A stretch of 64,000 nt of DNA from Gemmatimonadota bacterium (GCA_039588275.1 JBDHAC010000009.1:1-64000); one strand, 5' to 3'. Shown: positions 28,646-39,687, numbered from the stretch's first letter. Translations and numbers: made by a program. Notes: generated from the letters alone by a model not told the origin.

Positions 28646-30655
28646 ATGACGTACGCGCGACGTTTGCTCCCCGCGTTGGCGATCTTGTACGCCGCCGCTC
28701 AGGTGTCCCTGCACGCGCAGGGCGAGGCGGCCAGCATCGAGATCAGTCCTGCCTCGCTGGAGCTCGAAGTGGGAGACCAGGTGACGGTCGAGGCGCGGGT
28801 GCTCGACGCGAGCGGCCACACGGTGGACGCCCCCGTGATGTTCTTCCCCCTGTTCCGGGGTGAGAGACAGCGATTCGCCGGACGGAACCTGGACGTGTCC
28901 CGGTTCGAGGGCGTCGTGAAGGCGATCAAGGGAGGCGAGTACCTGATCATCGCGATCGTGGCCGATGCGCGAAACGTGCGTACTCAGATTCCGGTGAGCG
29001 TCGCGTTTCCCCCCCTCGACCGCGTCGACGTGACGCCCGGCGGCGGGCAGATGTACGCCGGGACGTCGGTGCGCCACGCGGCCACGCTCCTCGACACTGC
29101 GGGCGACGTACGGGACAGCGAAGTCCGTTGGTCCACCAGCGATCCGAGTGTGGCGGAGGTCGATCGCTTCGGCATCCTGACCGCCGGCGCACCGGGTCGA
29201 GTCACGCTCGCGGCAGAGGCCGAAGGGATCCAGGGAGCTGTCAGCTACGAGATCGTCGAGAACCCGACGGCCTCGATCTCGATCAGCGCCAGCCGGGAGC
29301 GGGCTCGCACCGGCGAGGTGGTGCACTTCACGGCCGAGGCGCGTGACGCGACCGGCTCCGAGGTCGAGGGGATGCCGGTGACCTTCACGGTTCTGGCGGA
29401 TGCGGCGCTCGAAGCGACAGCGGACCTTCCCCCCGCCGAGGTGGATGACGAGGGGCGCTTCGTGGCGTATCGCCCCGGCGTGTACACCGTCGTCGCCAAC
29501 GTCCCGGGGCACGCCGCGCGGCAGACCGTCGAGATTCACCCGCGTCACGTGTCGCAGGAGATCAAGTTCGTGGGTCAGGGGGCGGTCCATAACGTGTCGA
29601 CATCCGACCTGTGGGTGTGGGAGGGAGCGGATGGTCGAGACTACGCGATCACCGGTACGCACCGGGCCAGCGGGGCGGTGTACTTCTGGGACGTGACGGA
29701 TCCGTCCAGCCCCGCTATGACCGATTCGATCGTCGTCGATGCCCGCACGACGAACGATGTGAAGGTCTCCGAGGACGGTGCGGTGTGCGTGATCTCGCGC
29801 GAGGGTGCCTCGAGTCGACGCAACGGAATCGTTATCCTCGATTGCTCCGACCCCAGAGACATCCGGGTCCATTCGACCTTCGACGACGAGCTCACGGGCG
29901 GGGTCCACAACCTGTTCATCTACCAGGATCACGTGTACGCCGTGAACAACGGGATTCGGTTCGACGTGATCAACATCGAGGACCCGACGAGCCCGCAGCG
30001 CGTGGGTCGCTTCGAGCTCGATACCCCGGGTCACGCGATCCACGACGTGTGGATCGTGGATGGGATCGCGTACACGTCGAACTGGGGTGACGGAGTCGTC
30101 CTCGTCGACGTGGGTGGCGGAAACGTCGGTGGCAGCCCCTCGAATCCGGTCGAGATCGCTCGCTTTCGCGACATTGGCGGTGCTACCCATGCGGCCTTCC
30201 CCTACCGGAGTCCGACGGGGAAGTTCTACGTTTTCATGGGCGACGAGATCGGACGCCCCGGGTTCGACGGCCTGGATCAGGCGCGTACTCCGCAGTTCAT
30301 GGCCGGCTACATCCACATCGTCGATTTCACCGACCCCGAGAACCCCGAAGAGGTCGCACGCTACGAGATCCCGGAGGCGGGGTCGCACAATCTGTGGATC
30401 GAGGGGGACAAGCTGTACGCGGCCTTCTACAACGGGGGACTGCGCGTCGTCGATATCTCGGGCGAGTTGAAGGGCAACCTGTATCATCAGGGCCGCGAGA
30501 TAGCGGTCTACAAGGCATACGACCCCGACGGAGTGGTCGCCAACGCGCCGTTCACGTGGGGGCCGCAGCCGCACAAAGGGAACCTGTTTTTCGCCGAGTA
30601 CTTCAGTGGCCTGTGGAGTGTCCGCCTGGAGCCTGGGGAGGAGCTGGTCCCCTGA
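28646..30655 (+). CDS. Secreted protein with Ig-like repeats and LVIVD-type beta-propeller
   Basis: Signal peptide; WSTSDPSVAEVD Ig-like motif; repeated HN/HD...V.D.SDP..P blades. Confidence 0.75.
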   Translation: MTYARRLLPALAILYAAAQVSLHAQGEAASIEISPASLELEVGDQVTVEARVLDASGHTVDAPVMFFPLFRGERQRFAGRNLDVSRFEGVVKAIKGGEYLIIAIVADARNVRTQIPVSVAFPPLDRVDVTPGGGQMYAGTSVRHAATLLDTAGDVRDSEVRWSTSDPSVAEVDRFGILTAGAPGRVTLAAEAEGIQGAVSYEIVENPTASISISASRERARTGEVVHFTAEARDATGSEVEGMPVTFTVLADAALEATADLPPAEVDDEGRFVAYRPGVYTVVANVPGHAARQTVEIHPRHVSQEIKFVGQGAVHNVSTSDLWVWEGADGRDYAITGTHRASGAVYFWDVTDPSSPAMTDSIVVDARTTNDVKVSEDGAVCVISREGASSRRNGIVILDCSDPRDIRVHSTFDDELTGGVHNLFIYQDHVYAVNNGIRFDVINIEDPTSPQRVGRFELDTPGHAIHDVWIVDGIAYTSNWGDGVVLVDVGGGNVGGSPSNPVEIARFRDIGGATHAAFPYRSPTGKFYVFMGDEIGRPGFDGLDQARTPQFMAGYIHIVDFTDPENPEEVARYEIPEAGSHNLWIEGDKLYAAFYNGGLRVVDISGELKGNLYHQGREIAVYKAYDPDGVVANAPFTWGPQPHKGNLFFAEYFSGLWSVRLEPGEELVP

Positions 30656-30724
30656 AGGGCCGGCTCCGGTCCTCTTTCGACGACGACGCCTTCCGCGGCC
30701 ACGGAGACGGCGGGTAGGACCGCG

Positions 30725-31198
30725 ATGAGCCTCGTCCAGATCCGCGTGCGCGTGAACGGAGGGGAACACGAGGGCGACGTCGAGCCGCGTCTGCTGCTGA
30801 GCGACTTCCTGCGTCACGAGCTCGGGCTGACGGGGACGCACGTGGGCTGCGAGCACGGTGTGTGTGGCGCCTGCACCGTGCTTCTGGACGGAGAGCCCGT
30901 CCGGTCCTGTCTCCTGTTTGCGGTGCAGGCGAACGGTCGCGAGCTCACCACGGTCGAGGGATTGGCCGAAGACGGGGATCTTCACCCGGTCCAGCTGGCG
31001 TTTAGGGACGCACACGGGCTGCAGTGCGGCTTCTGCACCCCGGGCATCTTGATGACCGTGGTGGCCTTCCTGCGCGAGCAGCCGAGCCCGAGCCAGGAAC
31101 AGATCCGCGACGTCGTCTCCGGCCACCTGTGCCGGTGCACCGGCTACCAAAACATCCTGGAAGCCGTGAAGCTCGCCGCTGAGCGGGGCTCGCCGTGA
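30725..31198 (+). CDS. Molybdenum hydroxylase 2x[2Fe-2S] subunit (CoxS-like)
   Basis: GCEHGVCGACTV, QCGFCTPG, LCRCTGY. Confidence 0.95.
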   Translation: MSLVQIRVRVNGGEHEGDVEPRLLLSDFLRHELGLTGTHVGCEHGVCGACTVLLDGEPVRSCLLFAVQANGRELTTVEGLAEDGDLHPVQLAFRDAHGLQCGFCTPGILMTVVAFLREQPSPSQEQIRDVVSGHLCRCTGYQNILEAVKLAAERGSP

Positions 31199-33576
31199 GC
31201 GAGCGCTGGTTCGGCGCGCCGGTGGTCAGAAACGAGGACCCACGGCTTCTCGCGGGCCAGGCGCTATTCGTGGACGACGTCCAGCTCCCGGGGCTTCTGC
31301 ACGCGGCGTTCGTCCGCAGCGATCTCGCGCACGGACGTATCCGGAGTCTCGATCTTTCGGCTGCCCGCGCGCACCCGGGCGTCGTGGGCGTGTACTCGGC
31401 CGAAGACCTCGGAGACCTGTGTATCGCAGGACCCGTTCTGGTCCCGCCGCCTCCGATCGAGCGGCTGGAGTTCCACGCTCGCACCCCATTGCCCCTCGCA
31501 CGGGACCGAGTGCGTCACGTCGGCGAGGCCATCGCGGTCATCGTGGCCGAGAGCCGTTACACGGCCGAGGATGCGGCGGAAGCCGTGCAGCTCGACCTCG
31601 AGCCGCTGGACCCTGCCGTGGCGCTGGAGGCCGCTCTCGCGCCCGACGCGCCTCTGGTGCACGAGGACCTGGCCTCGAACCTGGCTGCGCACGTGATCCA
31701 GGAGAAGGGTGATTACCGTGCGGCGCGCGAAGCAGCGGATCGTGTCATCCGCCGACGCTTTCGATATGACAGGGGGGTCTCCGGGGCGCTCGAGAATCGC
31801 GGCATCGTGGCCTGGTGGGATCCTCACGATGGACGTCTTTCGGTCTGGGACACGACGCAGGCACCCATCCCGGTGCGCAACGCGCTCGCCGCCACCTTCG
31901 GTCTTTCCGAGTCGCAGGTCCGCGTGATCGCTCCGTTCATCGGCGGCGGCTTCGGACCGAAGATCATGTTCTACGGGGAGGAGATCATCCTGCCCTGGAT
32001 CTCGCTCCAACTCGGGCGACCCGTGAAGTGGATCGAGGACCGCTACGAGAGCTTCTTCGCTACCACGCAGGAGCGGGAACAGATTCACGACGCCGAGCTG
32101 GCGGTGGCCGCGGACGGGACGATCCTCGGGGTTCACGACGAGTTCCTGCACGATACCGGCGCGTACGATCCGTACGGGCTGACGGTCCCGATCAACAGCC
32201 AGTGCACGCTCCTCGGCCCGTACCGGGTGCCCAGCTACTACAGCGAGTTCAGGGTCGTATTCACGAACAAGCCGATCGTCACGCCCGTGCGGGGGGCAGG
32301 ACGACAGCACGGCGTGTTCGTAATCGAGCGCCTGCTAGATGCGGCGGCAGGCGAGCTCGGCATCGACCGGGTCGAGATCCGCCGTCGTAACTACCTGGAT
32401 CCGGAAGACTTTCCGCACGATCACCAGATCCTCTTTCAAGACTCGGCGCCCCTCACGTACGACAGCGGCAACTACGCCCCGGCGCTCGAGCGCGCCGCGG
32501 ATCTGATCGGGTACGAAGCGTTCCCGGCCGAGCAGCAGAAGGCGCGGGACGACGGCCGCCACCTGGGGTTGGGGATCGTCTCGTACGTCGAGGGAACGGG
32601 GATCGGGCCTTACGAGGGTGCGCGGGTGACCGTGGAGCCGAGCGGCACCGTGTCCGTGGTCACCGGCGTCGGCACGCAGGGCCAGGGCCATTTCACCGTG
32701 TTCGCGCAGGTCGTGGCCGACCAGCTCGGGGTCGACCCGGCGCACGTCCGGGTCGTCACCGGCGATACGATGGAGTTCCACTGGGGAACGGGCACTTTCG
32801 CGAGCCGCGGGGCGGTGGTGGCCGGGAGCGCCTGCCACGCCGCCGCGCAGGCCGTGCGGGAGAAGATCTTCAGGCTCGCGAGCCACCTGCTCGAGGTAAG
32901 CGAGGATGATCTCGAGCTGGCGCATGGACGAGTGACCGTGAAGGGGGCGCCCGATCACGGATTCGACCTGAGCGAGCTGGCGGCTCGGGCCAATCCGCTT
33001 CGGGGCGCCGTGCGCCCCGGCACCGAGCCCGGGCTCGAAGCGACGTCGTATTTCGGGCCGGACCGGGGCAGCACGGCCAGCGGTGTGCACGCGCTGGTCC
33101 TGGAGGTGGATCCCGAAACGGCGCTCGCGAAGATCCTTCGATACGTCGTCGTGCACGACTGCGGGGTCGTGATCAATCCGACGATCGTCGAGGGACAGAT
33201 CCATGGAGGAGTAGCGCTCGGGATCGGAAACGCGTTCTACGAGCAGCTCCACTTCGACGAGTCCGGCCAGCTCTCGAACGCCTCGTTCATGGATTACCTG
33301 CTGCCGACCGCGACGGAGGTGCCCCCGATCGTGGCCGAGCACATCGAGACGCCGTCGCCGCTCAACCCGCTCGGCGTGAAAGGCGTCGGTGAGGCGGGGG
33401 CGATACCGGTGGCCGCCGCGTTCGCGCAGGCGATCGAGGATGCTCTCGCGCCATGGGGGATCGAGGTGCTGGAGATCCCGCTCAGCCCGCAACGCCTGTT
33501 CGACCTCCTCGAGAGGGCTTCGGGGGAGAGCCCCACCGAGGGTAAGCCGGGGGAGACGGAGGAGGTGACTCCATGA
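31195..33576 (+). CDS. Xanthine dehydrogenase-family molybdopterin subunit (CoxL-like, not form I CODH)
   Basis: GGGFGPK, active-site loop PVRGAGR, QGH.T, GTFASR, KGVGEAG. Confidence 0.9.
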   Translation: MSERWFGAPVVRNEDPRLLAGQALFVDDVQLPGLLHAAFVRSDLAHGRIRSLDLSAARAHPGVVGVYSAEDLGDLCIAGPVLVPPPPIERLEFHARTPLPLARDRVRHVGEAIAVIVAESRYTAEDAAEAVQLDLEPLDPAVALEAALAPDAPLVHEDLASNLAAHVIQEKGDYRAAREAADRVIRRRFRYDRGVSGALENRGIVAWWDPHDGRLSVWDTTQAPIPVRNALAATFGLSESQVRVIAPFIGGGFGPKIMFYGEEIILPWISLQLGRPVKWIEDRYESFFATTQEREQIHDAELAVAADGTILGVHDEFLHDTGAYDPYGLTVPINSQCTLLGPYRVPSYYSEFRVVFTNKPIVTPVRGAGRQHGVFVIERLLDAAAGELGIDRVEIRRRNYLDPEDFPHDHQILFQDSAPLTYDSGNYAPALERAADLIGYEAFPAEQQKARDDGRHLGLGIVSYVEGTGIGPYEGARVTVEPSGTVSVVTGVGTQGQGHFTVFAQVVADQLGVDPAHVRVVTGDTMEFHWGTGTFASRGAVVAGSACHAAAQAVREKIFRLASHLLEVSEDDLELAHGRVTVKGAPDHGFDLSELAARANPLRGAVRPGTEPGLEATSYFGPDRGSTASGVHALVLEVDPETALAKILRYVVVHDCGVVINPTIVEGQIHGGVALGIGNAFYEQLHFDESGQLSNASFMDYLLPTATEVPPIVAEHIETPSPLNPLGVKGVGEAGAIPVAAAFAQAIEDALAPWGIEVLEIPLSPQRLFDLLERASGESPTEGKPGETEEVTP

Positions 33577-34460
33577 AGCCGCCTCCGTTCGACTACGTGG
33601 CTCCGTCGAGCCTGGCGGAGGCGCTCCAACAGCTCGAGGAGGGCGGGTTCGACGCCCGTCCGCTCGCGGGCGGGCAGAGCCTGATCCCGATGCTGAACTT
33701 CCGATTGGCTCGAGCGACGCTCCTCATCGACCTGAACGGCGTGGACGAGCTCTCTTTTCTCCATGTCTCCGATGACGGCTCTCTGCGGATCGGCGCCATG
33801 ACGCGGCAGCGCGCGGTGGAGCGCTCGGAGGATGTGGCTCGCGCGGCACCGCTGCTCGCCGAAGCCCTCGGTCACGTCGCGCACCCGCAGATCCGCAACC
33901 GGGGCACGATCGGGGGCAGCCTCGCACATGCGGACCCGGCGTCGGAGCTCCCCGCCGTGATGCTCGCGCTCGGGGCGCGGTTCCGGGTCGAGGGAGTGAA
34001 CGGCGATCGCTGGATTCCCGCCGCCGAGTTCTTCTTCGGGCCGTTCATGGCGGCGCTCGACCCGGGGGAGTTGCTGGTGGAGATCGAGGTGCCGGCGCTC
34101 GAGAACGGGGACGGGTGGGCCTTCGAAGAGGTCGCGCGGCGCGCCGGAGACTACGCGCTGGTCGGGGTGGCCGCGCAGGTCCGTGTTGATGGGGCCGGAG
34201 TGTGCTCGAGCGCCGCGCTCGGATACGTGAACGCCGCCGCGACCGCGAGCCTCGCCCCAAGCGCGGCCGCGATCCTCGTCGGTGAGGCCCCGACGCCGGA
34301 GAGAATCGCCGAGGCCGCGCGGGCCGCGGCGACCGACGACTGTGAGCCTCCGTCGGACATCCACGCCTCCGAGGCGTATCGTCGACGCCTGGCGGAAGTG
34401 CTGACGCGCAGGGCGCTGGATCGGGCCTTCGCGCGAGCCGCGGAGGCACACGAGCCGTGA
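33573..34460 (+). CDS. Molybdenum hydroxylase FAD subunit (CoxM-like)
   Basis: AGGQSL, IRNRGTIGGS, ADPASE. Confidence 0.95.
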   Translation: MKPPPFDYVAPSSLAEALQQLEEGGFDARPLAGGQSLIPMLNFRLARATLLIDLNGVDELSFLHVSDDGSLRIGAMTRQRAVERSEDVARAAPLLAEALGHVAHPQIRNRGTIGGSLAHADPASELPAVMLALGARFRVEGVNGDRWIPAAEFFFGPFMAALDPGELLVEIEVPALENGDGWAFEEVARRAGDYALVGVAAQVRVDGAGVCSSAALGYVNAAATASLAPSAAAILVGEAPTPERIAEAARAAATDDCEPPSDIHASEAYRRRLAEVLTRRALDRAFARAAEAHEP

Positions 34461-36010
34461 TGGCGCGTGGCCCCGGTGAAGGGGCCGGCGACGGGAACGC
34501 TCTGCCCGGCGTAGAGCGCGTCGGCGATCTGGTACAGCTCACCGCATCTCTCCCCCCGGGACCTCTGGTAAACGACGACATCGCGCCTACCCCGCTCAGC
34601 GAGCGCACGTGGAACGTGTGGCACATTGCCTCGCTGTGGGTGGGGATGAGCGTCTGCATCCCCACCTACATGCTGGCCTCGAGCATGATCGAAGCGGGCA
34701 TGAATTGGTGGCAGAGCTTGCTGGCGATCCTGCTGGGGAACGCCATCGTTCTCGTGCCCATGGTGCTGAACGCGCACGCGGGAACCCGCTTCGGTATTCC
34801 GTTCCCCGTGTTCGTACGTGCCCCGTTCGGTCCGCGCGGAGCGCACGTCCCCTCGCTCCTCCGTTCGGTGGTAGCGTGTGGCTGGTTCGGGATCCAGACG
34901 TGGATCGGAGGACTCGCCATCCACGCGCTCATCGGGATCCTGTGGGCGGGGTGGGATGGGCTCGGTGGCGGCTGGACCTTCATGGGGTACGGCGTCCCGC
35001 ATTACCTCAGCTTCGGGCTGTTCTGGCTCATCAACATGTACTTCGTGTGGCGGGGTACGGAGTCGATCAAGTGGCTGGAGACACTGGCTGCGCCGTTTCT
35101 GCTCCTGATCGGGATCGTCTTGCTGGTCTGGGCGATCGGGCGCGTGGGCGGGCTCGGACGCGTCCTGAGCGAGTCGAACCAGCTGATGAGCTCTGGACGC
35201 ACCCTGCCTCCGAGTCGCTTCCTGCTCACGCTGTTCGTCCCATGGCTGACCGCCATGGTCGGCTACTGGGCGACGCTGGCCCTGAACATCCCCGACTTCA
35301 CCCGCTACGCGAAGAGCCAGCGCGATCAGTCTGTCGGGCAGGCGCTGGGGCTGCTGACGACGATGCCGCTGTTCGCCTTCATCGGTATCGTCGTGACGAG
35401 TGCCACCGTGGTGTTGTACGGCGAGGCGATCTGGAACCCGATCGATCTCGTGGCGCGGCTCACCGCCGATCGCGGGAGCCCGGTCCTGGGGCTGTTCGCG
35501 ATGGCGGTCCTGGCCCTCGCCACGCTCTCCACCAACATCGCGGCCAACGTGGTGGCGCCTGCCAACAGCTTCTCGAACCTCGCACCGCGAGCCATCAGCT
35601 TTCGCACGGGGGGTCTGATCGCCGGCCTCATCGGGATCTTCATCCTGCCGTGGAAGTTGCTGGATGCCTATCAGATGTGGCTGATCACCTACTCGGGTCT
35701 CCTCGGTGCGGTGGGCGGGGTTCTGGTGTGCGATTACGCGTGGGTCAGACGCGGGTGGCTGGAGCTCGTCGATCTCTATCGGGAAGACGGCTCGTACGCC
35801 TATCACGGCGGCATCAACCGGGCGGCCATGATCGCGCTCGGGGCCGGGATCGCGGTCGCGCTCCTCGGACGACTGCACCCGGGCCTCGCGTTCCTGTTCA
35901 ACGGAGCGTGGTTCTCGGCAGCGAGCGTGTCGTTCCTGCTCTACGCGTGGCTGATGCGAGACGAGCGCCAGCGGCTCGCGTCGGCGACCCGCAGTTCGAC
36001 GGCGGCGTAG
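34457..36010 (+). CDS. NCS1 nucleobase:cation symporter-1 permease
   Basis: LWVGMSVCIPTY, GIPFPV, GWFGIQTW, NIPDFTRY, NIAANVV; many TM helices. Confidence 0.9.
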   Translation: MMARGPGEGAGDGNALPGVERVGDLVQLTASLPPGPLVNDDIAPTPLSERTWNVWHIASLWVGMSVCIPTYMLASSMIEAGMNWWQSLLAILLGNAIVLVPMVLNAHAGTRFGIPFPVFVRAPFGPRGAHVPSLLRSVVACGWFGIQTWIGGLAIHALIGILWAGWDGLGGGWTFMGYGVPHYLSFGLFWLINMYFVWRGTESIKWLETLAAPFLLLIGIVLLVWAIGRVGGLGRVLSESNQLMSSGRTLPPSRFLLTLFVPWLTAMVGYWATLALNIPDFTRYAKSQRDQSVGQALGLLTTMPLFAFIGIVVTSATVVLYGEAIWNPIDLVARLTADRGSPVLGLFAMAVLALATLSTNIAANVVAPANSFSNLAPRAISFRTGGLIAGLIGIFILPWKLLDAYQMWLITYSGLLGAVGGVLVCDYAWVRRGWLELVDLYREDGSYAYHGGINRAAMIALGAGIAVALLGRLHPGLAFLFNGAWFSAASVSFLLYAWLMRDERQRLASATRSSTAA

Positions 36011-37536
36011 TGGGCTCGGGCGTCAGCGGGATCCCACTCGTGGATCGGGCCGTCGCTCATCGTGAGAGGGTCGCGATCCTGGATCGCGAAGGCGCGCATT
36101 CATACGAGGCGCTCGACCGCCGCTCGGCGGCCTGGGCGGCCGCTCTGCTCGCGGATCGGGCGGATCTCGAGGGGGCGCGCGTGGCCTATATGGTCCCCGC
36201 GGGCGCCGAGTACGTAGCCGTTCAGTGGGGGATCTGGCGCGCGGGCGGGATCGCGGTACCGCTTTGCTCCGATCACCCGCCCTTCGAGCTGGCGCGGTCG
36301 CTCGACGACTCCGGGGCCGAGGCGATCGTGTGTTCGGCCGAAGGCGTGAGCCGTCTGGAGCCGCTCGTCGACGAGCGCGGGACTCGTCTTCTCGTCAGCG
36401 AAGCCGCCAGGCCGCCCGTCAGCGACGAGCGGCCGGTCCGCGACGGCGGGCTGCCCGAGGTGGAGCCCGGCCGCCGCGCGATGATTCTGTTCACGAGCGG
36501 CACCACGAGCCGGCCGAAGGGTGTGGTGAGCACCCACGCCATGATCGAAGCGCAGGTGCGGTCCATGCTCGAGGCGTGGGAGTGGGAAGCGAGCGACCGC
36601 ATCCTCCATATCCTGCCCCTGCACCATACGCACGGCATCATCAACGCCCTCGCGTGCCCGCTGTGGGCCGGCGCGACGTGTCGGATGCAGAGGGAGTTCG
36701 ACGCCCGCCGTGTGTGGGACACGATCGCGGAGGGGGACATCACGCTCTTCATGGCGGTGCCGACGGTGTACGTGCGGCTGATCGCCGCGTGGGATGGCGC
36801 CGAGTCCGAAGCGCAACGGCGGTGGACGGACGGCGCCGCCCGTCTCCGGCTCATGGTGTCGGGGTCGGCCGCGCTCCCGGCCAGGGTATTCGCGCGTTGG
36901 GAAGAGATCACCGGGCACCGGCTGCTCGAGCGGTACGGCATGACCGAGATCGGTATGGGGCTCTCGAACCCGTTGCGCGGCCCAAGGCGGCCGGGCACCG
37001 TCGGCCGCCCGCTACCGGGGGTCGACGTTCAACTGGTCGACGAGGTGGGTCACCCGGTCACGGACGAGGGCCGGCCGGGCGAGATCCGGATCCGGGGCCC
37101 GGGCGTGTTTCGAGAGTATTGGGAACAGCCCCAGGCGACGCGCGAGGCATTCGCGGGCGACTGGTTCAAGACGGGCGACATCGCCCAGCTCGAGGGGGGT
37201 TACTACCGCATCCTGGGTCGGAGCTCGGTGGACATCATCAAGACCGGTGGATACAAGGTCTCCGCGATCGAGATCGAGGAGACCCTGAGAACCCACCCGC
37301 AGGTGGTCGACTGCGCGGTCGTGGGTGTCCCGGACGAGGAGTGGGGGGAGCGCGTGTGCGCGGCGGTGGTCCCGACTTCAAACCTCGAGATCGAAGCTCT
37401 CGACGCCTGGAGCCGCGAGCGACTCGCCCGCTACAAGCTCCCGCGCACCTGGTTGGAGGTGGACGACCTGCCTCGCAACGCGATGGGCAAGGTCCAGAAG
37501 CCCGCCGTCAAGGCGATGTTCGCCGACGAGTCGTAG
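36010..37536 (+). CDS. Acyl-CoA synthetase (MatB/ACSF3-like)
   Basis: FTSGTTSRPKG, ERYGMTE, FKTGD, PRNAMGK; start GTG overlaps the NCS1 stop. Confidence 0.9.
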   Translation: MGSGVSGIPLVDRAVAHRERVAILDREGAHSYEALDRRSAAWAAALLADRADLEGARVAYMVPAGAEYVAVQWGIWRAGGIAVPLCSDHPPFELARSLDDSGAEAIVCSAEGVSRLEPLVDERGTRLLVSEAARPPVSDERPVRDGGLPEVEPGRRAMILFTSGTTSRPKGVVSTHAMIEAQVRSMLEAWEWEASDRILHILPLHHTHGIINALACPLWAGATCRMQREFDARRVWDTIAEGDITLFMAVPTVYVRLIAAWDGAESEAQRRWTDGAARLRLMVSGSAALPARVFARWEEITGHRLLERYGMTEIGMGLSNPLRGPRRPGTVGRPLPGVDVQLVDEVGHPVTDEGRPGEIRIRGPGVFREYWEQPQATREAFAGDWFKTGDIAQLEGGYYRILGRSSVDIIKTGGYKVSAIEIEETLRTHPQVVDCAVVGVPDEEWGERVCAAVVPTSNLEIEALDAWSRERLARYKLPRTWLEVDDLPRNAMGKVQKPAVKAMFADES

Positions 37537-37647
37537 TTTGACTCCAGCCCGGCGATCCCGCCGGAACGTAGAGGTGCCCGCGGGGGGCGTCGGCGGCCCG
37601 CCGGGACAAGCGCCATCAACTCCGAAACGAAGCGAGGATCCGCCAAG

Positions 37648-38436
37648 ATGAAGCCCTACGACCTTTCCCAACCGTTGAACCAAGAAGTGTCTTTCTGGCC
37701 CTACTACCCGCCGTTCGAGGTCAAGTACATCAAGCGGAAGGCCGAGCACGGGGTGAACGCTCAGTACATCCAGACCTCGAACCACATGGGGACACATCTC
37801 GATGCGCCGCGCCATTTCGTGACGAACGGGATGACGATCGACGAGATCCCGCTCGATTGGCTATACGGACCGGGGGTCATCGTCGATCTGTCGGATGAGA
37901 TGGATGACCTGGGCGCGTACACGCCGGAGATGATCGAGTCGCGGGTCGAGGTGCGGGAAGGCGACCTCCTGATGCTGCACACGGGCTGGCACCGCTACGG
38001 GCAATTCGGCGAAGAGGCCAACGAGGAGCGCTACATCCACCTGCACCCCGGCGCGCATCCTGACATGGTGCAGTGGCTGATCGACAAGAAGATCAAGATC
38101 TGGGGCGTGGATGCGATCTCGACGGACCACCCCATGAACCTCCCGATCGGGCGATTCCTCGGGAAGGGGACGTTCGGGCATTGCGATCGCGTGCGCCGCA
38201 TCGCCGAGAACAAGTTCGGTGGCCCGGAGGGCGTGGCCGAGATCTTCCCCGACGATCACTACCAGCTCACGCACAACGCCCTCTTCCCGCTGAACTGCAT
38301 GCACGTCGAGAACCTCGGAGGGCAGATCGAGGCGCCGGAGCTCCAGAATCGGCGGCTCACGATCGGGTGCTTCCCATGGCTGTTCAAAGGCGGCGAGGCG
38401 GCGTTCTGTCGCGTCGTGGCGTTCGTGGAGGAGTGA
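37648..38436 (+). CDS. Cyclase / kynurenine formamidase-family metal hydrolase
   Basis: HMGTHLDAPRH, LHTGW, GVDAISTD, HVENL. Confidence 0.9.
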   Translation: MKPYDLSQPLNQEVSFWPYYPPFEVKYIKRKAEHGVNAQYIQTSNHMGTHLDAPRHFVTNGMTIDEIPLDWLYGPGVIVDLSDEMDDLGAYTPEMIESRVEVREGDLLMLHTGWHRYGQFGEEANEERYIHLHPGAHPDMVQWLIDKKIKIWGVDAISTDHPMNLPIGRFLGKGTFGHCDRVRRIAENKFGGPEGVAEIFPDDHYQLTHNALFPLNCMHVENLGGQIEAPELQNRRLTIGCFPWLFKGGEAAFCRVVAFVEE

Positions 38437-38441
38437 GGGCG

Positions 38442-39677
38442 ATGATCGGTCGGCCCTCTCGACACCGGATGCGGAGCCACGGCGTCGCTCGGGGACCGCG
38501 CGGGCGGAGATCACTTCGCCGCGTCCCGGCGGTCGCTTCGATCCTGATCGCGGCGCTCGCGACCGCGTCGCTGGCGACCGCGGCCGCGGCCCAGGCCATC
38601 GATCGCGAGCAGCTCCTCGACTACATGCGGCAGGTGCGCGCCGACAACGACCTGCCGGGTCTGTCGGTGGCGGTGGCGCTGAACGGCGAGATCGCGTTTG
38701 CCGAGGGAGTCGGATACGCCGAGCTGGACAATCGCACGCCGCAAACGGGGCGTACCGTTCACAACGTCGGATCCATCTCGAAGGTGTTGGCGGTCGTGGC
38801 GGTCATGCAGCTGGTGGAGCGGGGGAGCGTCGATCTCGACGCCACGATTCAGACATACCTTCCCTACTATCCCGAGAAGGAATGGCCGATCACGGTTCGC
38901 CACATCCTCACGCATACCTCGGGCACCCGTCACTACAACGGGGTGGAGTTCGGGGAGCACGACCTCCTCGCGCTGCGCCGCTACGACGACTTCGAGGAGG
39001 CGACTCGGCTGTGGCGCGATGATCCGCTCCTGTTCGAGCCGGGCACCCACTGGCTCTACTCGTCCCACGCCATGAACCTCATGCACGGTATCGTGGAGAC
39101 CGCTTCAGGGCTCGGGTTCGAGGACTACATGCGGACGTACGTATTCCAGCCCGCCGGCATGCTGGCGACGCAGTTCGATGTGCCATCGCGGATCATCAAC
39201 AACCGGGGCCACGGCTACGTGCGCGAGGAGGGGGGTAGGTTCGTGCACGCTCCGCCCGAAGATCCGAGCTACAAGTACGCCGGCGGCGGCATTCTCTCCA
39301 CCGTCGAGGACCTGGCGCGCTTCGGGCTCGCCCTGAACGACGGGAAGCTCTTGCGGCCGGAGTCACTGGCCGAGATGTACAGGCCGCAGCTGGATTCGTC
39401 CGTCAGGCGGTTCGCCCGGAACTCGGAACCGCAGCCGCTAGGCCACCGACAGGCGCTCGCCTGGTGGATCCGGACGGATCCCGCCGGCCGGGAGTTCCCG
39501 AGCCACACGGGCACCGTGAAGGGCACGAGATCCTTCATCGGCAATTACCCCGAGCACGGGCTCGTCGTGGCGCTCCAGGCCAACACCCTCCCGCTGGACT
39601 CGGTGCGCTACGGGGTCGCGATCGCGCAGATGTTCTTGCCGGCCGCGGACAGCCCTGACGGCACCGGCGGGCCCTGA
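38442..39677 (+). CDS. Secreted serine hydrolase, beta-lactamase family
   Basis: SxxK (SISK), LTHTSG, YSS, HTG; signal peptide; start uncertain. Confidence 0.85.
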   Translation: MIGRPSRHRMRSHGVARGPRGRRSLRRVPAVASILIAALATASLATAAAAQAIDREQLLDYMRQVRADNDLPGLSVAVALNGEIAFAEGVGYAELDNRTPQTGRTVHNVGSISKVLAVVAVMQLVERGSVDLDATIQTYLPYYPEKEWPITVRHILTHTSGTRHYNGVEFGEHDLLALRRYDDFEEATRLWRDDPLLFEPGTHWLYSSHAMNLMHGIVETASGLGFEDYMRTYVFQPAGMLATQFDVPSRIINNRGHGYVREEGGRFVHAPPEDPSYKYAGGGILSTVEDLARFGLALNDGKLLRPESLAEMYRPQLDSSVRRFARNSEPQPLGHRQALAWWIRTDPAGREFPSHTGTVKGTRSFIGNYPEHGLVVALQANTLPLDSVRYGVAIAQMFLPAADSPDGTGGP

Positions 39678-39687
39678 GCCCGAACCC

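Noticed and set aside
31195..33576. Aerobic CO dehydrogenase
   Set aside because: Lacks the form I AYXCSFR motif, gene order is S-L-M, and neighbours point to heterocycle catabolism.
34609..36009. N-terminal half of the 975-aa ORF, suggesting a fusion
   Set aside because: Out-of-frame overlap with the NCS1 gene; the ligase begins near 36010.
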